Source of the DNA: Sphingobacteriaceae bacterium
GTDB lineage: Bacteria > Bacteroidota > Bacteroidia > Sphingobacteriales > Sphingobacteriaceae
Direction: 5' to 3'
NCBI GenBank assembly: GCA_947479815.1
Contig: CANKAT010000002.1
Coordinates: 4,291 to 68,290, forward strand
Length of the DNA stretch: 64,000 bases
Each line of letters starts with the position of its first letter. The stretch's first letter is position 1. Below the pieces are notes generated by a model. That model saw only the letters and a list, made by a program, of their open reading frames with translations, ran no database searches and had not been told where the DNA came from. The position numbers and the translations under genes were made by a program. Below are positions 44,250 through 53,085 of the stretch, piece after piece.

Positions 44250-45050
44250 TTAAGGATGATCATTAATGAGCTTTATAAGTGACCGTAAATAATCGGGGGT
44301 GTGCAAAAGCCGACTGCCATACCAGGAGAAAAGCTCTCCATCAACAATCATAACTTTTGATTCAGGGAACATAGTTTTCATTTCCTGAACATGTTCATCC
44401 TTAAATGGATATGGCTCAGAAGAAAGAAATATAACTTGAGGAGCTAAGTCTTCTAACTGCTCTAAACTCATCGTAGGATACCTGTTCAGTTTAACTGAAT
44501 TATCAAATCCTGCTCTATACAAAATAGCATCTATAAAGGTATTCTTCGCCGCACACATGTAGGGATCCTTCCATATCAAATAGGCAGTCTTCAAATTATT
44601 TGGACTGATCGATTCAAGATCATCAAAACGATTTTTAATGGTTGAAGCCATTAATTTTGCCTTTTCGGCATGCCCAGTTAAAATTCCCACTTGTTCGATC
44701 ATATTTAGAGCATCTTCCAGAACACTGATATCACTCATCCAAACCGGATACTCATCCATTAATTCCTCTATCTGAGCTTGGCTGTTTTCCTCTTTGTTGC
44801 CAATAATAAGGTCAGGGTTTAAGCTTCTTATTTTCTCCAAATTAATTTTTTTTGTGCCTCCAACTTTAGTTTTAGCCTTAAATTTTTCATCTGGATGAAT
44901 ACAAAACTTTGTAATTCCAATTACTTCCTCATCTAAACCCAGATCAAAGAGTAATTCGGTTTGTGAAGGAACGAGCGAAATGATCTTTTTAGGTGGATAA
45001 TTAAAGGAAATAACCCGACCCATTTGATCTGTAAATGTGCGTTTTTGCAT
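44250..45050 (-). CDS. Helical-backbone metal receptor (BtuF-like substrate-binding fold), no signal peptide
   Basis: IISLVPSQTE, GITKFCIHP, VGGTK, NKEEN, SSEPYPF, VDGELFSWYG. Confidence 0.85.
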   Translation of the reverse strand: MQKRTFTDQMGRVISFNYPPKKIISLVPSQTELLFDLGLDEEVIGITKFCIHPDEKFKAKTKVGGTKKINLEKIRSLNPDLIIGNKEENSQAQIEELMDEYPVWMSDISVLEDALNMIEQVGILTGHAEKAKLMASTIKNRFDDLESISPNNLKTAYLIWKDPYMCAAKNTFIDAILYRAGFDNSVKLNRYPTMSLEQLEDLAPQVIFLSSEPYPFKDEHVQEMKTMFPESKVMIVDGELFSWYGSRLLHTPDYLRSLIKLINDHP

Positions 45051-45079
45051 ACTTTTACAAAGTAAGCTATTTTTTATAA

Positions 45080-46429
45080 ATGCCTAAATTAACAATGTAC
45101 TCATTACTGATCCTATCTCTTGCAGGATACGTTCTGATAGGCTATTTTATTGAAAGATCAAACTTTGAACTTCTCATTACCGCATATAGTTCCTTATTTC
45201 TATTCAGTTATTTGATACTAAAAAATAAAAGACATTATAATTTTAAGGTTCTTCTGCTTAGCGGCATTTTATTTCGGTTTTGCCTCATTTTTTCGACACC
45301 AGCTTTGTCTGATGATTTTTATCGCTTTTTCTGGGATGGCCGAATTCAACAATTAGGTTTTAATCCATTTGACTTCACACCCAGGCAATTATTAAATCAG
45401 AATTCAGATGCCTTTTTAAGCCAATTGTTTCCATACCTCAACTCACCTGATTATTTCAGTGTTTATCCTCGGTTATCTCAGATCCTTTTTAACGTAGTAT
45501 CAATTATTGGGAAGGATAGTTTGCAAACAAATTTAATTGTAATGAAGTCAATAATCTTCCTTACTGAAATTGGCACTCTTTACCTTTTGAACACACTAGT
45601 AAATAAAAGAAAACAAGATCCTTCAATCCTTTTAATCTATCTACTCAACCCGCTGGTAATCATAGAACTTACGGGCAATATACACCTAGAAGCATTCATG
45701 ATCTTCTTTTTCTTGCTTGCCGTAATGCTTTTTTACAGGCAGCGATTGATTGGGTCTGCAACTGCATTAACTCTATCGGTACAGACAAAGCTATTACCGA
45801 TACTTGCCATACCCTTTCTCATTAAAAAAATTGGAATCAAGAAAACGGTTGGGTATGGATTAGTATGCCTTTTAATAACCTTAATCATTAGCATCGGAAG
45901 TATCAATACGAGCGAGCGAGTTTCTCATATTGCCGAAAGCCTCAATCTATATTATGGAAAGTTTGAATTTAATGGGGGTATCTATTTATTTTTTAGAAGT
46001 ATAGGATGGATGGTCATGGGCTATAATCCAATTGCCATTTTGAGTAAGCTGATGATACTTTTTACCCTATCAGGAATTTTATTTGTTTATCTGAAAGAGT
46101 CGGATATGCTCTCTGGTTTCTTCTGGACACTCCTTATTTATCTTGGGTTTGCAGCAATCATTCATCCCTGGTATCTGACACCACTGGTTGCCTTAAGCAT
46201 ATTTGTCAGATATCGGTTTATTCTGGTATGGTCTGCTCTAATCCCTCTAAGTTACATCAGCTACAAAACTTTACCCTACAGTGAAAATTATTGGATAACA
46301 GGATTAGAATATTTAGTTGTAATGGGATACTTACTTTGGGAACTGAAAATCTTATCTGTTAATTCTATACCAGCTAATTTAGAGCATGAGAAATTGACGA
46401 AAGAGTCAAACAAAACAATAGAATACTGA
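45080..46429 (+). CDS. GT-C fold membrane glycosyltransferase (GT87/DUF2029-like)
   Basis: About 11 TM segments; LSDDFYRFFWDG loop, SVYP, LLNPLVIIE..GN.H.E, HPWY. Confidence 0.8.
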   Translation: MPKLTMYSLLILSLAGYVLIGYFIERSNFELLITAYSSLFLFSYLILKNKRHYNFKVLLLSGILFRFCLIFSTPALSDDFYRFFWDGRIQQLGFNPFDFTPRQLLNQNSDAFLSQLFPYLNSPDYFSVYPRLSQILFNVVSIIGKDSLQTNLIVMKSIIFLTEIGTLYLLNTLVNKRKQDPSILLIYLLNPLVIIELTGNIHLEAFMIFFFLLAVMLFYRQRLIGSATALTLSVQTKLLPILAIPFLIKKIGIKKTVGYGLVCLLITLIISIGSINTSERVSHIAESLNLYYGKFEFNGGIYLFFRSIGWMVMGYNPIAILSKLMILFTLSGILFVYLKESDMLSGFFWTLLIYLGFAAIIHPWYLTPLVALSIFVRYRFILVWSALIPLSYISYKTLPYSENYWITGLEYLVVMGYLLWELKILSVNSIPANLEHEKLTKESNKTIEY

Positions 46430-46458
46430 TATTTAATTCCTAATTAACACCTTTAAGG

Positions 46459-46839
46459 CTAATCTTCATAAAAATCTTGAAGTGCACCAAAATAGTTTAA
46501 ATTCCAGCCATCGATCATATCCTTAAAATCGGAATCAGGAATATTTGTGTGACGGAGTTCAAGCGAAGTCCCATTTTTATCGGGATGAAGTATAAAAGTC
46601 ACCATTGATTCTTCGGGCTGATCACCAAAGTACCATTGCTGAACTATTTTTTTATTCTCAATAAATTCTACATTCTTTCCAACAATACTATCATCCCAAA
46701 GAGAAAACTCAGAACCAGGTTCTGTACTCATTATTGCTTCGGCACCCGTCCATAATAAAATGGTAAGTGGATTAGTTAATGCCAGATAAACTTCTTCAGG
46801 ACTTGCCTGTATGAGATAGTAATTTTTAAAATCTTTCAT
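46459..46839 (-). CDS. SRPBCC/AHSA1 domain protein
   Basis: ASPEEVYLALT, KIVQQW, GW..NYF; start MKDFK follows a -7 box TAGATTTG at 46851-46858. Confidence 0.85.
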   Translation of the reverse strand: MKDFKNYYLIQASPEEVYLALTNPLTILLWTGAEAIMSTEPGSEFSLWDDSIVGKNVEFIENKKIVQQWYFGDQPEESMVTFILHPDKNGTSLELRHTNIPDSDFKDMIDGWNLNYFGALQDFYED

Positions 46840-47199
46840 AATTTCTGGCACAAATCTAACACAAATGGACGGATTATTCGAGTAAATAAGATGATCATCC
46901 AACGCTAACACATAGAAATTTAGAACTATACGGATGTTTGATACTACAGATATAGGAATTAAAATATAGACCCAAACAAATAGGCAAAGGGAAGAATTAT
47001 GAAGTCAAAAAGATGCGAAAGAGCGCGCTAATTAAATGAAATGATCAAAACGAGATCAATGAAGGTATAGCAATTGGTTCCCTAAAATAGTGATCAATGA
47101 AGGGTAGCTAATTCAAATAATATATTAAACTTTATATACGCAGAAGAAGTATAATTTATCACATTAATTGGAACCATTCAGGCCAGTAAAAAAACCCAG

Positions 47200-47238
47200 A
47201 TAATTAAAAAGGCCTGCTATGCAGGCCTTTTTAATTAT
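47200..47238. terminator. Strong intrinsic terminator after the histone-like gene
   Basis: ATAATTAAAAAGGCCTGC-TAT-GCAGGCCTTTTTAATTAT, 18-bp perfect stem. Confidence 0.88.
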
Positions 47239-47256
47239 TTTCAATAGTAGGTCTAA

Positions 47257-47436
47257 TTATTTACCACTATTTTTCTTCTCAGTAACTTCATTTCTGATTT
47301 CCTGAGCTAAATTTTTTAAATCTTGCATTCCTTTACGAACTCTTGTTCCGGCTGCACTGTTTCCTGAATTGTAGAATTTGCTCGCGTCAACTTCAACTGA
47401 AGCAAACAGATCTTTCATTTTTGTAAATTTATTCAT
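47257..47436 (-). CDS. Histone H1-like (Hc1-domain) small protein
   Basis: 59 aa; KF...GN.AAGTRVRK motif; ATG after a poly-A leader. Confidence 0.85.
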   Translation of the reverse strand: MNKFTKMKDLFASVEVDASKFYNSGNSAAGTRVRKGMQDLKNLAQEIRNEVTEKKNSGK

Positions 47437-47845
47437 CGTTTTTTTTTTAAGGTTAAACAAATCTAATTTAATTACATGTATTGACAAGTCCTTTTTGAAT
47501 TATTTTTTATCAAATATTAATTTATAATTAATATTTGATCATTAAAAGAAAAAATAATAAAAATTCTTCCAAATTTTACTGTCTGACCATCTTCTGTCAA
47601 AAAAAAATACTTCTCAAAAACCAGATTAAGTACTTTAAAAATCTCAACTTAAGAGACCTAAATCATTATAAAAATGAATGATATCATTCATCGAATAGCG
47701 ATAAACAACTATAATTAGTCATTGCATTACTATTAGCTGTCTGAATGTTAACGAATGAACATGAACCGAGAATCAGTACGTATTGAAAAAATATTAATTG
47801 ACATTAAAGAGTATTCATTAAATATCTCAATGCTAATTTAAAATC

Positions 47846-49027
47846 CTATATCATCTTTAATCCATCTTCCAGATCCTGAAGGAGGTCATCAACAGATTCA
47901 ATTCCTACTGAATAACGAATCAAACTTTCAGGTATACCCAAAATAGCACGCTGGGCTTCTGTTAATTCGACATGGCTTGTGGTACGTGGCGGGCCGGCAA
48001 GTGTACTTACAGAGCCAAGGCTAGCAGCCAAGTGCACCAGTTTTAATGAAGGAAGGAACTTTTCGACCAGGTTGTATCCCCCATCCAGAGCAAAACTTAA
48101 CATACCTCCAAATCCACGCATCTGAGATTTAGCTATATCATGCCCAATATGTGTTTCAAGTCCAGGATAAAACACATCACTAACCTTAGAATGAGCCTTA
48201 AGATATCTTGCAATTTTCATAGCTGATTCATTTTGACGAGAAACTCTTAATTCAAGAGTTTTCATGCCCCTAGCAATCATATATGCAGGATCAGCCTGTA
48301 GGCTTGCACCATTAATCTCCCTAAAATGGAATACCTTCTGAACAAGTTCCTTATTTCCTGCTAATATACCTCCCATCGCATCTGAATGACCACAGAGGTA
48401 TTTAGTAGCACTATGCAGAACCAAATCTGCACCTAAAGACAATGGGTTTTGATTTATTGGAGTAGCAAAGGTATTATCTACAACAACTATAGCTCCAACT
48501 TTCTTCGCGGCTAATGCAATACGCTTGATATCTACTATCTTAAGCGTGGGATTCGTGGGTGTTTCCAGGTAAACTAAATCGCAACCTTTGGCAATTTCCA
48601 TTTCCATTTCCTGATGATTTCCTGTTTCACAAAGCTTGATATCTACTTTATAATCAGGGAAAAAATCGAGAAATAATTTACTTGTACCTCCATAGGTATC
48701 CTTTACTGAAACAACTCTCTTTCCAGGCTTGAGGAAAGTAAACAGGGTGTTACTAATTGCTGCCATACCCGTAGCAAATGCCGTTGCTGCCTCAGCTCCT
48801 TCAAGTACTCTAATCTTTTCTTCCAAAGAGGCAACTGTAGGATTGGTATTACGGCTATAAATAAAACCATCTTCCTTTCCTACTGAAATATCATACCATT
48901 TATCAAGATTATTATAGGCAAATGCAACGCTATTTACAATTGGAGTTGTAACTGCTTCTTTAAAATAAGGATTATCTTCTCCGGCCCAAACGGCTTGAGT
49001 TGCTTTGTTATATTTTTTATTTTTCAT
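47846..49027 (-). CDS. Cys/Met metabolism PLP enzyme (cystathionine gamma-synthase/lyase family)
   Basis: YSRNTNPT, ATGMAAI, YGGT, ETPTNP, DNTF, SATKY (PLP Lys), SLG, RYSVGIE. Confidence 0.92.
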   Translation of the reverse strand: MKNKKYNKATQAVWAGEDNPYFKEAVTTPIVNSVAFAYNNLDKWYDISVGKEDGFIYSRNTNPTVASLEEKIRVLEGAEAATAFATGMAAISNTLFTFLKPGKRVVSVKDTYGGTSKLFLDFFPDYKVDIKLCETGNHQEMEMEIAKGCDLVYLETPTNPTLKIVDIKRIALAAKKVGAIVVVDNTFATPINQNPLSLGADLVLHSATKYLCGHSDAMGGILAGNKELVQKVFHFREINGASLQADPAYMIARGMKTLELRVSRQNESAMKIARYLKAHSKVSDVFYPGLETHIGHDIAKSQMRGFGGMLSFALDGGYNLVEKFLPSLKLVHLAASLGSVSTLAGPPRTTSHVELTEAQRAILGIPESLIRYSVGIESVDDLLQDLEDGLKMI

Positions 49028-49216
49028 AATTCGATTGTACAGATACTCCAGATTATTTCTCTTTATTTAGGCCAAAAAGATAAAATTTGCCTATTTAATA
49101 AATGAAGATGGCTGGTTTGAGACTAAAATGATAGGCTTGAGCAAAACATCATGAACTATGAGATCAAGAACAATAATCTTTAAATCACCTAATCAATTTT
49201 TCTATCTACATTATTG

Positions 49217-49224
49217 CAAATGTA
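49217..49224 (-). promoter_or_regulatory. Candidate -7 element TACATTTG giving a leader of about 185 nt
   Basis: Exact consensus 190 nt upstream of the ATG at 49027. Confidence 0.4.
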
Positions 49225-49417
49225 AGTCATGAATCTACCTTTAGATTCTTATTATTCAAAATAGCTATAAAAATGTTGTGAAGAAAATAGTAAATCCTTG
49301 CATTTTGTGAAAAAATATGATCTAAAAAATGTGAGAATACCCCTCAGAATTTTTAGTTTTAATACCTTATATTTAGTGTAAACATATTCAACAAAACTTC
49401 ATTATAAAGTCATTTCT

Positions 49418-51415
49418 ATGAAAAGAATTTCATTGATCAGCCTATTAATCCTAGGGCTTAGCAGTGTCATCGCACAAACAAAAAGCAACTGGTCGCCCAC
49501 GCAGACCATTAAGCACAAAGTAATCAGTACAGTTAGGGTTTCTCCGAATGGAGAAAAAGTGGTTTATGCTGTAAAGGAACTTAAAACAATTGAAGGTAAA
49601 AGCGAATTTATCAATCATCTTTTTATATCAGACATTAATAATACGAATACCATTCAGCTTACTCAGGGCGAAAAGAACAATATTAATCCCAAATGGAGCC
49701 CTGATGGAAAAAAGATCGCATTTGTCAGCAACCGTGACGGAAAGAACAACTTATACTTCCTGAAGTTAGGAGCAGGTGAAGCAGAGCGGTTAACTGACAT
49801 TAAAACCGGAATAAACGATTTTAAGTGGAGTACTACAGGCAATCAAATTGCATTTACCAGTTCTGATTTTGAAACAGAAGAAGAAACTGGGAACAAAAAG
49901 TCGGGGAACGATTGGTATTTCATGAATGAAAATTTTAAGCAAGGACGCCTCCATTTGCTTCAGCTAAACAAAAAAGATAAAAATGGGATGCCTCAGATTA
50001 CAACGCTTAGCAAGGAGAACAGACATATCAATTCATTTAGCTGGAGTCCGGATGATCAATGGATTGCCTATGCTCATGCGGCCTCTGCAGGTGTTGAAGA
50101 CAATACGTTCTGTGATATATCAATGATCAAAATCAGTTCAGGTGAAGTGAAAATTATTGCCAATACTACGGTGGGTGAAAATCAACCCTTATTCAGCCCT
50201 GATGGCAAATTCATAGCCTATTATAATCTGGATGAAAAAGGAATTTGGGGAGGTAAAACTTCTGTTAAGATTTTTGCTCTTGAGGATGGAAGCGTTCAAA
50301 CATTGGCTGATACGCCGAATGGCCCGGCTGAACTAATTGGCTGGAGCAACGATGGAAAAACAGTTTATACTCTTGAGCCATTTCATACTAGCACCAAAAT
50401 ATTCAGGCTAAGCAGTGATGGGAAACAGGCAACTGAATGGACTACTGGTACAAAGGGCGTATTGAGCGGAGTTGAATTGAATAGCAAGGGCACCCATTTC
50501 GGTTTTACATTTCAGGATACTTCAATACCACAGGACGGCTATATTAGCAGTGTAAGCAACTTCTCAGCCCAAAAAATAAGTACTATTAATCCTGAGCTTG
50601 CCAGTTTGCCGGTTCCAAAAACCGAGCTGATCTCATGGAAGAGTTTTGATGGAATGGAAATTGAAGGACTCTTAACCTTTCCTCTAAACTATGAGGCAGG
50701 TAAAAAATATCCTTTTATTCTCAACATTCATGGCGGTCCGGCAGGGGTATTTAGCGAAAGTTTTATTGCCGTGTCGGGTATTTATCCACTTGCTGCCCTA
50801 GCAGAAAACGACATCTTTATTCTCAGACCAAACCCCAGAGGATCAAATGGTTATGGATTGAAATTCAGGGAAGCTAATCACCGCGACTGGGGTGGTAGCG
50901 ATTACAAAGATTTGATGGCCGGAGTTGATTATGTTATTACAAAAGGATGGGCAGATCCCAATAAAATGGGTGTAATGGGATGGAGTTATGGTGGATTTAT
51001 GAGTAGTTGGATTGTTGGTCACACCAACCGTTTTAAAGTTGCAAGCATTGGGGCACCTGCAGTTGACCTGGCAACTCAAGACCTGACCGATGATATTCCA
51101 GGTTTTCTTCCTTCCTACATGGAAAAACAACCATATCAAGACTGGACGGTCTATGACGATCATTCCCCATTGAGATTTGTACAAAATGTAAAAACTCCTG
51201 TCCTTTTGCAACACGGACAGGCAGATATACGAGTGCCCTTCAGCCAGGGTTTAATGTACTATAATGCCTTAAAACGAAGAGGAGTTCCGGTGCGTTTTCT
51301 TGTGCTTCCAAGGCAACCTCATGGTCCTGCAGAGCCATCCATGATTCTTAAAACAGCTCAAACTAATCTGAGCTGGATGTTGCATTATTTGCAGGGTAAA
51401 GAATTAGGATTTTAA
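49418..51415 (+). CDS. S9 family (acylaminoacyl/dipeptidyl) peptidase with beta-propeller
   Basis: Signal peptide; WSPDG repeats; HGGP, GWSYGG, D.RVP, PHG. Confidence 0.93.
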   Translation: MKRISLISLLILGLSSVIAQTKSNWSPTQTIKHKVISTVRVSPNGEKVVYAVKELKTIEGKSEFINHLFISDINNTNTIQLTQGEKNNINPKWSPDGKKIAFVSNRDGKNNLYFLKLGAGEAERLTDIKTGINDFKWSTTGNQIAFTSSDFETEEETGNKKSGNDWYFMNENFKQGRLHLLQLNKKDKNGMPQITTLSKENRHINSFSWSPDDQWIAYAHAASAGVEDNTFCDISMIKISSGEVKIIANTTVGENQPLFSPDGKFIAYYNLDEKGIWGGKTSVKIFALEDGSVQTLADTPNGPAELIGWSNDGKTVYTLEPFHTSTKIFRLSSDGKQATEWTTGTKGVLSGVELNSKGTHFGFTFQDTSIPQDGYISSVSNFSAQKISTINPELASLPVPKTELISWKSFDGMEIEGLLTFPLNYEAGKKYPFILNIHGGPAGVFSESFIAVSGIYPLAALAENDIFILRPNPRGSNGYGLKFREANHRDWGGSDYKDLMAGVDYVITKGWADPNKMGVMGWSYGGFMSSWIVGHTNRFKVASIGAPAVDLATQDLTDDIPGFLPSYMEKQPYQDWTVYDDHSPLRFVQNVKTPVLLQHGQADIRVPFSQGLMYYNALKRRGVPVRFLVLPRQPHGPAEPSMILKTAQTNLSWMLHYLQGKELGF

Positions 51416-51441
51416 TAATTAGAAAATTCGAGTTTGGCAAT

Positions 51442-51464
51442 GGCGGGTCAAGCCCGCCGCGACA
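51442..51464. repeat. REP-like palindrome GGCGGG-TCAAG-CCCGCC
   Basis: GC-rich hairpin with no T tail in an AT-rich intergenic region; single copy in the window. Confidence 0.4.
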
Positions 51465-51547
51465 AGAAATTATTGATTGAATGAGTAGATTCCAGACCTG
51501 AGCCAGAATTAAATATTACTGACAGTGGAACTCTCCCGGCTAGCCAT

Positions 51548-51581
51548 AAAAAAAATCCGGATGATTGCAATCATCCGGATT
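51548..51581 (-). terminator. Intrinsic terminator of the GH109 operon
   Basis: Perfect 28-bp palindrome AATCCGGATGATTGCAATCATCCGGATT plus a T tract on the minus strand. Confidence 0.8.
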
Positions 51582-51630
51582 CAATAAACTCTTTAATTCA
51601 TATTTGAACTTACTAAGTTCGCGCTGTCTA

Positions 51631-53040
51631 CTATATCTTTACTTTAGTATTTCCACCTTTTTTCAGATCAATATCATGTGGCTGGTTTTTCTTCCAAGAA
51701 CCACGTGTAAAGTCAGGTACATCAACTGAATTTGAACGGTTATTTACAGACCATTCACTCAATGGCCATACAGAACTCCATGCAGCTGCATCGTAAACAT
51801 CCTGGTCAAGAGGTAAACCATTTCGTAAACAATCGATCAGACGCCAATCCATTAAGAAGTCCATACCGCCATGTCCTCCAACTTTCTTTGCCAGTTCACC
51901 TACTTTTTTAACAATGTTTGGTGTATATTTTTCTTCAAGAGCCTTAAATTCAGCTTCCTTAAGCCAGCCTTCATGGCTATTAGAAATTTTAGGTTCTGGA
52001 TATTTCATAGCAGTACCTTTGGTTCCACTCACCAGGTGTATACGTGAATATGGCCGAGGAGAAGTTACATCATGCTGTATCATAATTGTCTTGCCATTGG
52101 TAGTACGAATAGTTGTCGTATTCATATTCCCATTAAATTTCTTGCCAACAAATTCTTTATAAAGATCATTTTTTGCCGCCTCAGCTTTAGCACGTTCTCC
52201 CATTTGGAAATCATTAGAAGAAACAGAAACTAGGTAATCCATTTTATCGCCACGATTGATATTCAAAACCTGGCAAACCGGACCTAAACCATGGGTTGGA
52301 TACAAACTGCCCGCCCTAGTAGCATTTTCTCTTAAACGCCACATATTCTGATAACCCTTATCACTGAAATTAAGCTCTAACAAATTATGAATGTAAGCAC
52401 CTTCGGTGTGTATAATCTCACCAAAGTAACCTTGCCTAGCCATGTTCAATGTAAGTAGCTCAAAAAAGTCATAACAGCAATTTTCAAGCATCATACAATG
52501 CTTGCGAGTACGCTCAGAAGTTTCAACCAAAGCCCAGCATTCCTGCATTGAAACCGCTGCGGGCACTTCAATAGCCACGTGCTTACCTTGTTCCATTGCA
52601 AATAAAGCCATAGGAACATGCAAATGCCATGGAGTACAGATATAGATCAGATCTATGTCTTTACGCTCACACAATTTCTTCCACTCATCTTCATTACCTG
52701 TGTAAATTACAGGATTATGACTGGTGCCATCAAGAGCCTTCTTTGCTTTATTTACACTTGCTGGACGCAAATCACATAATGCTTTGATGTCTGTACCTTC
52801 AATTTTAGCGACTGCATTTAAATGAGATGGCCCACGCTGACCCAAACCGATAAATCCAACACGAACAGTTTCAAGCTTTGGTGCAGCATATCCACTCATG
52901 TTAAAGTTCTGAATGGTAGACTTCGATACCCAAGGCCCTTTTTCTGGCTCAGAGGCAAATCCATTAAGTGCACCAACACCTGCTATGCCAAGTCCGGCAA
53001 GACTAGTTTTTTTTAAAAAATCTCTACGGTTATTTTTCAT
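51631..53040 (-). CDS. GH109-type NAD+-dependent glycosidase (Gfo/Idh/MocA fold), Tat-exported
   Basis: Tat signal NNRRDFLKK; GLGQRG, EVPAA, LENCCY, YPTHGLGP, SPRPYSR, catalytic GGHGG loop. Confidence 0.88.
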   Translation of the reverse strand: MKNNRRDFLKKTSLAGLGIAGVGALNGFASEPEKGPWVSKSTIQNFNMSGYAAPKLETVRVGFIGLGQRGPSHLNAVAKIEGTDIKALCDLRPASVNKAKKALDGTSHNPVIYTGNEDEWKKLCERKDIDLIYICTPWHLHVPMALFAMEQGKHVAIEVPAAVSMQECWALVETSERTRKHCMMLENCCYDFFELLTLNMARQGYFGEIIHTEGAYIHNLLELNFSDKGYQNMWRLRENATRAGSLYPTHGLGPVCQVLNINRGDKMDYLVSVSSNDFQMGERAKAEAAKNDLYKEFVGKKFNGNMNTTTIRTTNGKTIMIQHDVTSPRPYSRIHLVSGTKGTAMKYPEPKISNSHEGWLKEAEFKALEEKYTPNIVKKVGELAKKVGGHGGMDFLMDWRLIDCLRNGLPLDQDVYDAAAWSSVWPLSEWSVNNRSNSVDVPDFTRGSWKKNQPHDIDLKKGGNTKVKI

Positions 53041-53085
53041 CGTTTTATAATTTTTGTTGTGTTGTAAAATTTTCTGTTATGTATT

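Noticed and set aside
49028..49216. SAM riboswitch upstream of the Cys/Met PLP enzyme
   Set aside because: No SAM-I core (ATC.AGAG...GCAACC) or SAM-II pattern recognised by eye; an Rfam/Infernal scan would be decisive
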